Positions 1-14,189 of a stretch of 64,000 nucleotides of DNA are shown here, piece after piece. The number at the start of each line of letters is the position of its first letter. The stretch's first letter is position 1. The notes below the pieces were generated by a model. The model was not told where the DNA came from and did not search any database. It saw only the letters and a program-made list of their open reading frames with translations. The stretch is from Octopus sinensis (Eukaryota). The DNA lies in assembly GCF_006345805.1 (NCBI RefSeq), contig NC_043011.1, forward strand, positions 15,264,464-15,328,463, in the 5' to 3' direction. Both the position numbers and the translations under genes were made by a program.

Positions 1-31
<31 letters not shown>

Positions 32-44
32 TAAGTGTTTGTGT

Positions 45-350
45 ATCAGGTCTGATCAGTAAGTATACGGACTGTTGCCATAGTAACGAAGCTAAAGAAC
101 GTAGAGTAAAGCCACAAAACAAAGATTGACCTTGAACTCTGCTGTGCATGTACACTAAGTTTTAACATTAAAGCTCACTTCCGCCGTTTACAGCAGTGCT
201 TGGAAGAATGGTGTGTAGCGTGTGATCAGTACATTGCCCATGAGAGTGAAAGTTGTTATGGCGATACCTGCTCAAGGGCCTACGCAAAGTTGCAGAAAGT
301 GTGTAGAGAATAGTGTATGAGCCGCACACAAGTGTACGAGTAGTTCACGA
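45..350 (+). mobile_element. mariner-like 5' remnant
   Basis: TIR-like start (caggtctgatcagtaagtat) and a decayed N-terminal HTH reading GDTCSRAYAKLQKV...MSRTQVYE*F; truncated by the next element. Confidence 0.6.
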
Positions 351-1018
351 TGTAAAAAATTACTTGTTAAAGGGTAGTTTTTTTTGTGTTTAATTGTACA
401 CTATTTTAAAATATGAATATGTTGTCTATTGACTATTTATACATGCTAGGCCACTGGTGGTGATATTTATAACGAATATTCATTACCCTATATATGTATC
501 TTATGAATATGTACTTAGCATTCTCGAAGATTCGGCTCGGCATTTTATTTATTGCCGACTGTACCTGCACCTGCGCGCGAAATTTTGAAATGTTATAACA
601 TATAATGACGGGACACGTGTTATCTTGTCTCTGAATTATAAGTTAGTTATTGAGGCCGGTCACTGATGAGAATTCGCCTGGTGGATAATATTGTTTTGCT
701 AAATTACCTATTAAAGAATAACAAATAATATTTTTTGCTAAAAAAATTCGAAATCATGGTATAACCGCTAATAAAAATAAGAAGGTAAAAGTTTTTATTC
801 TTCATTTACTCGAAAATTGCTATTAAATCGTGGTTTGGGCCGTGTTGGCTGCTATTTCTAGTATGTAAAAATTACCTGTTAAATGGTAGTTTTCTTTTGT
901 GTTTAACTGTACACTATTTTAAAATATGAATATGTTGTCTATTGACTATTTATGCATGTTAGACCACTGGTGGTGATATTTATAACGAATATTCGCTACC
1001 CTATATATGTATCTTATG
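351..1018 (+). mobile_element. HHR-containing ~513-bp unit in 1.3 tandem copies (retrozyme/Penelope pLTR-like)
   Basis: 351-505 is repeated at 864-1018; HHR at 657-767; 3' end abuts (TA)n at 1019. Confidence 0.75.
657..767 (+). ncRNA. type I hammerhead ribozyme with extended stem II loop
   Basis: CGGTCA-CTGATGA-GAATT...(70 nt)...AATTC-GAA-ATCATGGT-A-TAACCG; stem I 5/6 pairs, stem II 5 bp, near-palindromic stem III, GUA triplet. Confidence 0.7.
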
Positions 1019-1045
1019 TATATATATATATACATATATATATAC

Positions 1046-1441
1046 TTTCGCGGTTGCATACAAGTTATGGATCCAACCAACATAGGGATGGTTCTAGGTT
1101 GACGCTTACATGAAAGAAGAACACGTGTGTAACTTTAAATTTCTTTACAAGTGTTTCAGCATCAATTTTATTTTAGTGATGAAATAGTTCGATCATTACG
1201 ATTACATCATGAAGAGTATCCACTATCATCAGGTGATTTTAAAAGTGGGTGTGAAGAGAAAATTCAAATCGACGCGCTTTGCCAAGCATTAGCAAAGCGA
1301 GTCGATTTGAATATTCTTTTCACACCCACTTTTAATATCACCTGATGATAGTGGATACTCTTCATGATGTAATCGTAATGATCGAACTATTTCATCACTA
1401 AAACAAAACTGCTGCTGAAACAGCTTTTGTGGAATTTTAAA
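1046..1441. mobile_element. foldback element with degenerate HHR-like cores
   Basis: Inverted arms ~1152-1282 and 1292-1422 with a 9-nt loop; CTGATGA (1342-1348)...GAAACA in each arm, pointing outward; between (TA)n and (TTG)n/(TTC)n. Confidence 0.6.
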
Positions 1442-1449
1442 CTCTACTT

Positions 1450-1633
1450 TTGTTGTTGTTGTTGTTGTTGTTGTTGTTCTTCTTCTTCTTCTTCTTCTTC
1501 TTCTTCTTCTTCTTCTTTTTCTCCTTTTTCTTCTTCTTCTTCTTTTTTCTTCTTCTTCTACTACTACTTCTTCTTCTCCTCCTCCTCCTCCTCCTCCTCT
1601 TCCTTCTTCTTCTTCTTCTTCTTCTTCTTCTTC
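1450..1633. repeat. compound (TTG)n/(TTC)n/(CTC)n microsatellite
   Basis: Direct inspection. Confidence 0.95.
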
Positions 1634-1634
1634 C

Positions 1635-1668
<34 letters not shown>

Positions 1669-2307
1669 TTGTACGAGTGTACACATTTAACTTTCTAGAT
1701 ATTCTAACTTCACTGTTGCATATTTTCTAATCGATTTTACCTGTACTTATTGCTATCCGTATTAGATACATCGGTATAATATAAAGCAAAAGTAATCTGA
1801 GACAAATAACTAGGAGTGGTCAGTGACATGCACTTGAACATCATAGACAAATACAGACTTATCAGATACAATACGGTATGAATTCTTGATTTTCTAAAAC
1901 TAGATATGTGAGACACTAGAAGATATATAAAAATTGCCAAATGACAAATATGATTAGCTCTACTTGAGAAGGCGAGATAATCTTAAATTTGAGGAATATG
2001 CTGGTGTGCTATTAAGGAAAAGGAGAAGCAAAGGGCTCAATAGTCGTCATTAGCACGACAGTTATCCAGTTTGATATATATGTAATTGTCTTTGCTATAT
2101 AAATACATGTCACTAGACAGTCTGTGATATTTCTCTTAGCTCATCAATGTTTAAATTATGCAAATCGACTCGGCCGTAAATGTGATCTACTCAGTTTTGT
2201 ACACGTAGAGCATGTAGAACGAGTATAGTGTTATTGGACGCTCAGGAAAGGAAAGAAAGAAGGAGGATTTAACGTTTCGAGTATGTATATATGTATATAT
2301 ATATCTA

Positions 2308-2406
<99 letters not shown>

Positions 2407-4039
2407 ATATATGTTTATGTCTTTGTTGGGTTACTATTTTATACACACACCCACATACACACACACTCACACACACGCACACACACACGCACAAAAAAAC
2501 ATACGCACACGTGCATGCACATTCGCATACACACACACACGCATATCTATCTATGTGGTAACATATTTTTGATCGGATATATACCAAACACCAACAAGTT
2601 TCTGTGAATTCAAGTGCTAGATACTAGATGAGACGTATTGTGATGTGATTTTGGTTCGCATTGATGGCTCACCGTACGTTATACTGTTCTCATTAATGCA
2701 CAAAGAACGATCTGCATATAAGATCACTATTATCAGATCAAAGAGGGAAGGCCGGTCAGAAATAGGCGCCAAATCCTCTGTATATACACGTTACAAACGT
2801 ATAGATTGACAAAAATGATATTGATAACATCAAAGAGAACATGCTTCTTCTTCTTCTTTCACCTTTGGCGAATATAGCTTTAAATAAGAGGAATTGATGT
2901 CATGAGACAGTATTCTGTCCAACCTTTCGTATTTCGACCAATTTCCCGCCATGGTTAACAAAGTCAATGCTACTTAATACATACATTAAAGTCTATAAAA
3001 TTTCAAATAATTTTCCTTAAATGTCTATGCAATGAAAAGATAATTACTTCATCGCTGTTCACTCTACTTCGAAAGCATAGTGATTACATGCATGTGTGTG
3101 TGTGAAAACGCATGTGTCTGTAAGAAATCTTAAATATTTGAGTAACCAAAACCATGTTCATCATCTGTAGGAGCCATAGTTGCGCCGCAGCATTGTATGT
3201 CTTTCAAAAGGAAAACAGCATGTCGGCTCTCGTCTCAATACTGCAAAAATTGTTTCGTCATAGAATTGGCTTTATATTGGTTTTTATATTTTTCTATGTG
3301 TACATCCAGTGCTCGCTTAATTGCCGGTCAACTGATGATCTAGCAGATTATCAAATCAAAATAATCCCTTACAACACTCTGACTCCAATAGGCTTCATGC
3401 GATTCTTAGACGTGTAGTCTATTTTTAGCTACAATAGCGACAATATGAATTTCTTCCAGCTTCTTAGTGTGTTAAAATATTTGAGAAAAATTATATTAAT
3501 TTGTCTTACTTGTTAAAATTCTATTTATTTATTTGTGCAACTGAAGATGGCACTACATTCAAATTGATATAATGATTGCATAGTTCAATTAAATGGAGCC
3601 GCTTGAAATGGTCGTTCTGCATCACTACTTGATATCTTGTTAATTATATTGATTTTATTCACCTTCGAACTGTGCGGATGATACCAGACTGAGTTGGTGC
3701 TTCAACTTAAGTACCTAATTCAACTGAATCTCAATTATTTCTATCTATCTATCCATCTGTCTGTCAGTCTATCTATCTACACACACACACACACATACAC
3801 ACACATATGCATATATAAGCAATAATAAATCTCTGAACGAGGTATAAACAGTAGCTGCACGACGGTGTGAAGTATATTTGCCACTTAAATGTGGCTAACC
3901 ACTAAGGGTTACAAGATTTCACAGGCACAGGGAAGAATATAGATGTTGCACGGACAACTCCGAACCAAGACAGAAATGTCAGGTTTGACCGAACACCGGT
4001 CACGTGGGGAGAGAAGAGAGAGAGGTAGAGGCAGAGGAA

Positions 4040-4965
4040 TAGATGTATCCTCGTTAATTATTGTGATGTCACTCTCTGTGTCCAATTGTAGTTTCGTATT
4101 CACATTATTTATTTTTATAGAGACAGATTTCTTTTTTGTATCTCGCTTTTCATTTGTATTGATAATACTTTTTTTCTCGAATATGTTCGTTCCACCATTT
4201 CTGTTTCACCCAACAATGTGAATTCTTGTGTCCAATATTCCCACATCCAAAACATTTTAGATTCTTAAAAGAACAGTTTCTTTTGAAATGTATTTCTCTA
4301 TATCCATAACATGGTTTGGGTCTTGACTGTTGTTTTTCTTTTTGCGTATCTGTTGCCGATCGACACGTATGTATATTTGAATATTCTTTTTCAATTTTTT
4401 CTGCGTCTTGTTGTAGATTTATAATTCCTTGGTATTCTTCAGCCACTATTTGTAGGGTTAGTTTTGAATCTTGTTCAAGCTTTGTCAATATTCGAGCCCT
4501 TAACTCTACATCTTTATTTGCTGTTAATCCTTGTACGAAGATTAAACATTTAAACATATATGGGTTTACTTAATTCATCGAGTTTAAATTGTTCACATTC
4601 TCTATTTACAATTTCGGCGTACGTGGCGAAATCTTCCATTTCTTTTTTTTCCGAATCCAAACACTCCCAGCGAATATTAAATAGTGAACTTCTTTCACTG
4701 AATATTTTAGATAATTGTTCCCTCGGAACAAAATTTCGATGGGTTTCTCGGCAAGATGTAATTACAAAACTTTTCATGTTCTGCTGGTGATAATTTCCTT
4801 AAAAGAAGACGTACCATCTTTTCGTCTGTTCAGCTTTTACACTCTTCCTTGAAGATTCCTTCATACATTCTGAAGTATGCAGTAAATGTAATCCATTCTT
4901 CTGGATTACACGTAAAATCTTCAATTCAATTAGCAGCCACATCTACCGAAAACGAACCTGAAGTG
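4040..4965 (-). mobile_element. Ty3/Gypsy gag-protease remnant
   Basis: Frameshifted gag-like ORFs with zinc knuckle CFGCGNIGHKNSHC, followed by protease-like KLQLDTESDITII. Confidence 0.8.
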
Positions 4966-5282
4966 TCTTTTGACGGCAACAATAATAATCCCAACAACTG
5001 TTGATTTTGTTGTTGCTGTTGTAGTTGCTGTTTTTCCTGTCCTTGCTGTTTCTGTTATTCTTGTTATAGCTGCTGTAGTTGCCGTTGCAACCATTGCTGT
5101 TGCTTCTCTTTTTGTTGTTGTTGTAGTTGCCGTTGCAAATGAACCACAGAAGCTAATATGTCTCTCATGTCACCACTCTGGTGTCTCGTCGACACTATTT
5201 TGTCCTTCTGTGAACACACACTGTATATGCCACTTTATAACGTGCAGTTGTAACAAGGTTATAACAATACAAGTATCAATCA

Positions 5283-5730
5283 CCTTTTTAACATAAGAGA
5301 GATTTTTCTCCATGGTAACTGCAGTGTATTTGCCTTTAGCAGTTGAAATATGTGACAAACATTGTGCTCATACTTACACACTGCTTCGCGCCAATGCTTC
5401 GTTATTTATCTCGATCAGCCGGCTAATAGCGCAAATCAGTCAACGTGTTGACTGAATTATATATAAAACTACAAACTTTATTTAGTTCATTCAGAGTTGC
5501 CTCTCTTAGCTACATCTCATTCACAAGAGTCAAAATACGTAAATCATCGATGCCTGAGATTCCTAACAGATGGTGACACTGAACGAACTAGGTATTTTAC
5601 CATAAGAGGGATTTTTCCCACGGTAACTGTAGCGTATTTGCCTTTGGCAGTTGAAATATGTGACAAACATATTTCAAGTAACCTAAATTGTGCTCATACA
5701 TAAACAGTGCTTTGAGCCAATGGTTCGTTA
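5283..5730. repeat. ~310-bp unit in 1.4 diverged tandem copies ending at (TA)n
   Basis: ~5285-5404 is repeated at ~5595-5730; internal hairpin tcagtcaa-cgtg-ttgactga. Confidence 0.65.
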
Positions 5731-5909
5731 TATATTATATATATATATATATATATAGCAATAATAAATCTCTGAACGAGATGTAAACAGTAACCGCTCG
5801 ACAATGTAAAGTATAATAGCCATTGTGGTTTGCCATATTGAGATGGCTATTATACTTTACATTATATATATATGTATATGTATGTATGTAATATATATAT
5901 ATATATTAT

Positions 5910-5988
<79 letters not shown>

Positions 5989-6261
5989 CATCACACACAC
6001 ATATATCCATATATCGCATGGAGAGTTATGATAGAAGGAAAGAAGGAAAAATGAAGTATCTATTTGGAAAACGTTCGCTATTATAACTACACATGTATGA
6101 GTCATATCTTCGAAAATGTTGTACACCCTTTTAAGTTCAATAAACGACTGAAAATATTTTAGTCTTTCATGGTTTCACAGATGGGAAATGTTTTTATTTT
6201 AAAAATAATCAGCTTTTATTCTCTATAAATCGGGCTGCTAATTTCGATAATGTTCGAATTC

Positions 6262-6330
<69 letters not shown>

Positions 6331-7726
6331 GCATGTATGTACGCTGAGATCAGTTTTGTCTTTCATCCTGTGGAGTTCGATAAAATAAGTACAAGACGAA
6401 CACTGAGGTCAACTTAATCTACTTACTATCGAAATTGCTGACCTGTCGCCAAAATTTAAAATCCATGTTATGAATGCTTGTATCGTATTTTTAATCTCAG
6501 ACAGTTCCTGCACAATATTCATGATTAAACCTCATCCCAGGTCCTCAAAACTATTGCTTACTTTGTGGATGAGTGATTCACCCGGGAAAGTGCTTCTTGC
6601 ATGATGATGCAAACTGGAACACTACTTTAGAAGAAGCAGCATTCTCACATAATTTCTAAGAAAATTTGGTATATTTATCAGGAGAACATGACAGAAAGTA
6701 CGCTGTATCACGCACAACTATGGAAAGAAGAAAGCCACTCAGTATTTTCCTCTGTCATGTATATACACAAGCACTGATTTTTATTCAAACGCAGTACAGT
6801 TCATGGCTTACAAGGATCTTGTGTGAAGTTTCAACACCAGTACGAACGGCAGCTTTAACTTACGCAGTCAGGAGTCAACGAGTTCACTCATTCTTCTATA
6901 AACAACCGCCAAATTTACTTTATATCTAAACCTACAGTAGTAAAAATATAATCAGAAAAGACCGAATGTTCACAATCAGAACGCATTTTACCAATGCTCT
7001 TCTTGATCGAGTGTGATTAGGGAAATAGAAATAATAACTACAATATCAACAACAGAAATCAGTGATATATAGGAATAGATATCTTAATATCATTTCTATC
7101 GTGTTTTTCACCAGTTATCTTTCGAGACACAAAACTAAACAGAGAAACAAAGCTAAAACTAAATTATAATTGCGGCTTCTCTTACGCATCATTTCTATCA
7201 TTCTTCAAACAACTAAAAAGTTAGGTGCATCTTTTTTTCTTTTATCCCACTTGATTGCTTGATTGAGTGTCAACTCTGGTAATTCAGATCTACAGAACTA
7301 AGAAGGCCATTTTCTTTTTCAACAATGACTGTTCAGCAAAATACGATTTTCTTAATTTTTTTCCATTTCGAAATTTTGCAGATTTAGCAGATATTTAAAC
7401 GCTAACTCGCCAACGCGATCTGTTCAGTATATTTATACACTGAACATAATACGGGTTATAAAAAAAAAAAAAGCAATGCTATATAACAGAAACCTTGGTA
7501 ATTTTAGAAAATATCGATGTCGGTAATATTTAGGCTAAGTGAATTTTGACAGATCTGATCTATGATTACTTTGCACGTGACCATCATGTTATTTCTTTTT
7601 TACATATAGTATACTTAGGACCAACTTACCCAGTATACGTTATTACACAGGATAACATTCGGGTTTAATGATGATTAGACTTCTATTTATGAAAGAGCAA
7701 GAAATCACATGAAGATTTCAAAATTG

Positions 7727-8156
7727 GGGTCTTTTCGGTTTGAACGGCAGTTTTTTCTAGCAGTGTCATATGAAATTGTCACCCATAAGTATGACCCTAG
7801 TATCGATCTATTGCATTTCAATCCGTTTTAGGGTTAGGGTTAGTTAGGATTAGGGTTAGGGGTGGGGGAAGGTATCTTTTTTCTTCACAAATGTTAATAA
7901 ACCCAATCTGTTTCTTAAACGAGGGACATATTCATATGGCACAGAATATTTTTTACCTCAATAGACGTCATTAATTGGTTGAAATTGCAGAAATTGCAGA
8001 AAAAGAACAACAAATATCTTACAAACCATAAAATTTTCTCAATAAAGCCAAGAGAAAAAGATGTTTTATAAACACATTCTACCAGTATACGAAGTTTAAA
8101 ATTTTTTAGTTACCTAGAAATTACGTTAAAAACTGCCGTTCAAACCGAAAAGATCC
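7727..8156. mobile_element. MITE with 5'-GG TIRs and 8-bp TSD (Merlin-like), with internal TTAGGG repeats
   Basis: TIR gg(a/g)tcttttcggtttgaacggcagttttt; TSD caaaattg on both sides; TTAGGG-like run at ~7828-7862. Confidence 0.8.
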
Positions 8157-8674
8157 CAAAATTGTTCTAAATGGTGTTTCGTACACCCATGGAAATTGTC
8201 TATATGTGATATGTAATGGTAGTTGCAGAATTGGTATAGTGACGGACACAATACTTTGTATTATTTGATTACTTCACTCGATGTTCTGATCCGAGCTGGC
8301 ATCTACCACATTCGACCTTGCAGAAAGTTGGAAATAATTTCTGGAATCGATAAAATAATACCAGTCAAGTTCTGGTTCCATCGAATCGATTATAGCAAAG
8401 TCAATACATTGTCACAATTCTAATACAAACAAGAAATTACTATTTAACTACAATGAATAAACATGTACATACGTGCATATTATATACATACATATATCTA
8501 TGTATATATATATACATATATATATCACGCTCACAGATATATATATATATTATATATATATATATATATATATGTGCGCGCGTATGTATACACACACATA
8601 CATATATACAGATATACACATATGATCTTTGCGTGTGTATGTATATATATATGTATATATGTAATATATGTATG

Positions 8675-8707
<33 letters not shown>

Positions 8708-9279
8708 GTATGCATATATATGTATGTATATATATATGTATATATATATATATGTATGTATATATGTATATATATATGTATGCATATATATATATGTATG
8801 TATATCTATATATGTATATATATTATATATATATATATATTATATATGTATGTATATATATGTATATATATATGTATGAATGTATATATATATAAATATA
8901 TATATATATAGATATATATGTATGTCTCTCTCTCTATATATATGTGTCTCTCTCTCTCTTTCCACATATATATATATATATATATATACATATCAACGTG
9001 CACATATTTTAGAAAGGAAATATAGAGAAACGAAAAAATTGCTGCGCAAAACGAAATTACATGTAGGAAGTTGGTTTATATTTCTTTTATTTTACGTTTC
9101 TCCTCCAAATGCTAGCTTTCTTTTACGCTAGTTTTCTTTCATAATTCTTTGAAATTCTTATTTTTACTGATTTTTTTCCTTCTTTCTCATTTTTATTTTC
9201 GTATTTTCATATTTTGTGTTGCGGCTTGAAGTGATAGTTGACAGAATACTTGACAGGGTACATCTAACACGCACGCACG

Positions 9280-9319
<40 letters not shown>

Positions 9320-10039
9320 AACACACACACACACACACACATACGCACACACACATATGCACATACACACATTCTAATGCATATAGATATATGACACATG
9401 CAAGCAAATAGAGAGAGCTTGTATACATACAGTTAGAAATGGAACGTTGAACACATTCAGGCACTCAAATTACATACATACATGTAGAAATAAGCAGGAT
9501 GCATTGAATACATACAGATACTCGGGCTATATAGTAGGCATAGAAGTAGACAGGCTATGTGGAATACTTACGAACGTAGGATAAGTCTAATGGATACAAC
9601 CACACAGGATGTATCAGGTTTATTTGGCTTGAGGAACAGGAGAGAACCAATGAATCCTTTTAAATCTCTTAACCTGATAGGAAGAAGGGAGAAAGTTATA
9701 CTCAGACTGGAGGCATCGATCGTATTCTGGCAGCAGATAATCAGCTAAAATTATCCAAAAGTCAGACGTTAGGTTTAAAAGGAGAGACAGTTTAAGTCTA
9801 CAACGGAAAGGCAGGATTAGAACGGTTACTACGATGGACTTCCATACAGTTTCTGTTAACAAAATTCTTATATTTTCTTAGAATCCAATATCTGGATAAT
9901 TCTGAATTTTATAAAATGAAGAATTTTATATAATGAAGAATATTATCATAAGTAGATGTCCATAGACTACCTTAGCTTGTTTGTTCAAGGAATAAAAACT
10001 ATTAAGCCCAAAGCCTGTAATTTTTGTCATAAACACTAG

Positions 10040-10275
10040 ACATGTGTCCTTGAACAAGACACTTTATTTCACGTTGTCCCTGTCCACTCAAATGACAGAA
10101 CTGAGTGTTGTCTGTATTTCAAAGGTACAGCTTTGTCACATTCTGTGTCACGCTAAATCTACATTAAGGGTACGCGTGCCTGTTGAGTGATCAGCCACTT
10201 GCCCGTTAACATCACGGGCAGTCTGTTCTGTTGATCGGATCAACAGAAACTCTTGCCGTAACCAACGAAGTATCA
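10040..10275 (+). mobile_element. 5'-truncated CORE-like SINE (family C)
   Basis: gtgtccttgaacaagacactttatttcac; similar to 51452-51705. Confidence 0.65.
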
Positions 10276-10276
10276 G

Positions 10277-10359
<83 letters not shown>

Positions 10360-10368
10360 TTATCTATA

Positions 10369-10418
<50 letters not shown>

Positions 10419-10524
10419 CCTATATATTGAGGACCCCCTTTTTAAGAGGTCTAACGTGCTTCTAATTTATTATTACTATTATTATTATTTTTTTGTCTTA
10501 CATTTTGCATAAATGATGTCAAAC

Positions 10525-10900
10525 ATCAGGGTGACTCAGCAAATGAAAAGACAGGCTTTAATCGTTGCCTGAAAAGCATAGCATAGTGACACAGAGTAGC
10601 TCGCTTCATAAAAGCTGCCCGATCCTTCGTTGTCAAAGTTGGGAAGGAGCTGGAAGCAGCTGCCAGAGTTCCAACATCAGCAGCTAAACGCAAACGCGTG
10701 CACAGGGTTCTAATACCATCAGAGCTTGTACAAAAACTTCCAGAAATAATCGACAAAATCCCTGAAATTCAAAGGACCGAAAGGTTTCATAATGCATCAG
10801 AAGAGCAGTTGTGTATGAAGAAATCAAGTATGTAATACGGAGGGGTCAGTTTATGTTGGATGTGACAAGAGAAACTTTCGATACATGAAAGCGCTTGCTA
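10525..10900 (+). mobile_element. Tc1/mariner-superfamily transposase N-terminal remnant
   Basis: Decayed frame IKAARSFVVKVGKELEA...AKRK...RRGQFM resembles a Tc1/maT-type HTH region. Confidence 0.5.
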
Positions 10901-10928
10901 ATCAAGTTAAGACACCAAAAGGTATAGT

Positions 10929-11017
<89 letters not shown>

Positions 11018-11138
11018 TTGAGCTAGAAGCCCATATGTCCGGGAGAACACTATAATGGAGATTGGTACACATCCAGGCTTTAGTTTTCCTTGTCTTATGA
11101 GACGGTGCAGAGTCTTGTTAGAACGGTCCACCAAGTCG

Positions 11139-11230
<92 letters not shown>

Positions 11231-11617
11231 CGATCAACGTTTCATTACACTATACATTCTCTCAATTCTGCCATAACCAGCACTGTGTCCAAAATTGATA
11301 AAAAATAATCTGATTCTGTTCTGCCAACGCTTTCAACCCCGTATTGAAGCAGCTATTGGTCCTAATTGTGGATTCGTTCAATAGGAGTGATAGAAAATTT
11401 TCAAGATTATTTGTACCAATTTGATTTCAAATATAGGTTTTCTTTGATGAGCTATGCGTCTTGTTGTAAATTTATACAGACGACTTCAAAAAACTGACTC
11501 ACCCTACACACACATATATATATATAATATATATATATATATATACATACATACACACGTACATACGTACATATATACATACATACATGCATACATACAT
11601 ACATACATGAATACACG

Positions 11618-11674
<57 letters not shown>

Positions 11675-12239
11675 GTATGCAGATGCACACATACTTGTAT
11701 GTATAATGTAATATATCATTTATTTATTGAATATGGAAATATTGAATACTGACTGTGGTTTCCAAGTTTGTTCTTACAAGATTTTCAGTCAACGTTAATT
11801 CTGATATCAGAATATATTGGTCCAATGCAACTGCAGTGTTTGTGCTATCGGTTAGTTCTGAGGAATCAAGAACAAAGCAGTCTGCAAATTTACCCAGTTC
11901 GATATTATGAGTGTTAAACTTTGTTTATCGAGTACCTCCTTCTGAAACATTTGACCTAGGAACCAATACACACTTATTGGTATTCCTGGCAATAAGATAA
12001 GTCTACAAAGTCACTTTTAATCTATGAGATCACCTACTGGGCCAAAACGAAGGTGACGAGATATTCGATGTCTCGATTAGATTTTACAGCAGACTGATTT
12101 TCCTTTGGATTACATATCCTGGATAACTTTAAAAACCGTGTATCACCCCACAGCCCGGCCTTACATAGAGACAATTAATTATTATCAACTTGAACAGTCA
12201 CGCAATGGATAAGTGTTAGATTAAACATAACCATCTCCA

Positions 12240-12950
12240 CCTCTCTAAAGACAACTTCTTGGACATTAATCTGACGAGCAATTATAAGAGACCAATGAGC
12301 AGAGTGTATGTATTCAAAGGAATCTTAAACACGTTATAATTAGGAATCTTTACTCATTTTCAAATGGAGATATTTTTTGAGAGAGCTGCACTAATTAGGT
12401 ACTAGCGAGTATTTGCTCTAAAGGGAAATTAGTGTATATGTATGATCTCCCAATCTTCGAAGAGAGACAAGAATGGAAAATGACCTGGTACAATCCTCCA
12501 CACATTTAGCTTGGAACTTTCCATCCAAAATTAGGCAACATTTTCCAAGCACACATAAATGCCATAAACTTTTTAACGCGCTTAATGTTAAGGTAAGTTA
12601 CTGCTGTCTTAAAAATATTGCATTCAATATTGCACGCTTCAGTCATATGCAACGGCTTAAATTAAACCAGTTGCCCATTGAGAGGATTCCGCCTCTGCAA
12701 GCCTGTGGTCTATAAAGCGAATATCACCACCACCTGATAGTGTTCCAAGGTGCAGGACTTACTGCTAATGACTGTAAAGGAAGGTTAAATCAATAAATAT
12801 GTTCATCCAAGCACAGGTAAATCTCTGCTTCTCTGCCCTGTCTCTGAAATATCCAGAATTAAGCAATAATCCGATATGGAATGAAATCATCTCTACAACG
12901 CATTCCACATTAACTCGTTAAATGTGGATGTCGATAACATCGTAAACATT
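12240..12950 (+). pseudogene. Penelope-like element ORF remnant (RT C-terminus, linker, GIY-YIG endonuclease)
   Basis: Ordered motifs across frames: NFLDINL; TWYNPP; HFPSTHKCHKLFN..NVKVSYCC.KN; CPLRG..LCKPVVYKANI; GLTANDCK.R; these match Poseidon/Neptune-type PLE proteins from memory. Confidence 0.75.
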
Positions 12951-13557
12951 CAAACTTTCAATGTCATAAAGTATACAAAGAGGGCACTGCATTTCTTTAC
13001 TCAAGATCTGGAGTATATCACACTTACGAAGAACAGAAACTATTACTTAACGTCTTCCATTGAATTTTCTCGACCGTCAATGCTACCTAGGGTTACTGGA
13101 AACCAGGGAAGCCTTGTTACTCAAGGAACACGTATTTAAGGGACTTTTTAGATGTGAAAAGCCTCAAGTAATGCAATTCTGATTTAATTTGTAAATGCAC
13201 ACATGCATACAAATATGCATACACAAAGATCCATATATATATGATGGTCTGTCCCATCGTTAGACATATGAAAGTTCGACAATTTCTCACCGAATAATCA
13301 CACAAATGATGATTTGTTTATAGTGATCAAATGTTTGTTTAGTCATTAGCTCACTCTCTCCATCAGATTGACATTACCTGTACAGGTGCAACGGGTGCCT
13401 CATGTCAGATGTCGAAATGATCGCAGAGCAACGTAAAATGAAGTGATTTACTCAAGAACACATCGCAATGCCCGATCTGGTAATCGAACCCACGATCTCA
13501 CAATCTTGAATGCAACACCTTAACCATGCGGCTTCACAATATAAATATAAATATTCA

Positions 13558-13924
13558 AAAGGTGATTCAGAAGTCACCATACATAGGAAAAATTTATATT
13601 TTTATAAGAAACAGTTTATAAGAACAGTGTTTTTTTTATTTAACAGGCTCTGTATGGTTACCCTTGTTTTGAATACACATTGCAATACGTTTACCCCACT
13701 AACTGTGAACTCGTAATAGCACATCTGGTAATACATGTACAAATGATGCGTTCCTTCAAATGATTTATGTCTTCTATCTTTCCGTGATACACCATACCTT
13801 TCAAATGCCCCCAAAAATAGAAATGAAGAGGGGTCAGATCAGGGGACATAGGGGATCATATAAACTGTCTCTTATAAAAAAATAAATTTTTCCTATGTAT
13901 GGAGACTTTTGAATCACCCTGTAC
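13558..13924 (-). mobile_element. internally deleted Tc1/mariner element
   Basis: ~60-bp imperfect TIRs (aggtgattcagaagtcaccatacatagg / cctatgtatggagacttttgaatcaccctg-TA); SPDLTPL remnant on the minus strand at ~13825-13848. Confidence 0.75.
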
Positions 13925-14189
13925 ATATATATATATATTAATATAAATAATATACAATTATATGCCTATATACATACATATATGTACATACCTACATATA
14001 TAGGTATATATACATGCATATATGGGTACAGGACATCAACAAAACGTTGAATACAATGAAAAACGAAAACATAAAAACAAAAACATAGAAACGAACTTTT
14101 TTTTCGAACAGCGAAATACTGCTGCGGTCTACTTTGATTTTCATGCTTTCGAGGTCGATAAAATAACTACCTACAACATCTCCCATTTT

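Noticed and set aside
7828-7862. Telomere or chromosome-fusion relic
   Set aside because: The repeats are internal to a MITE that is present twice
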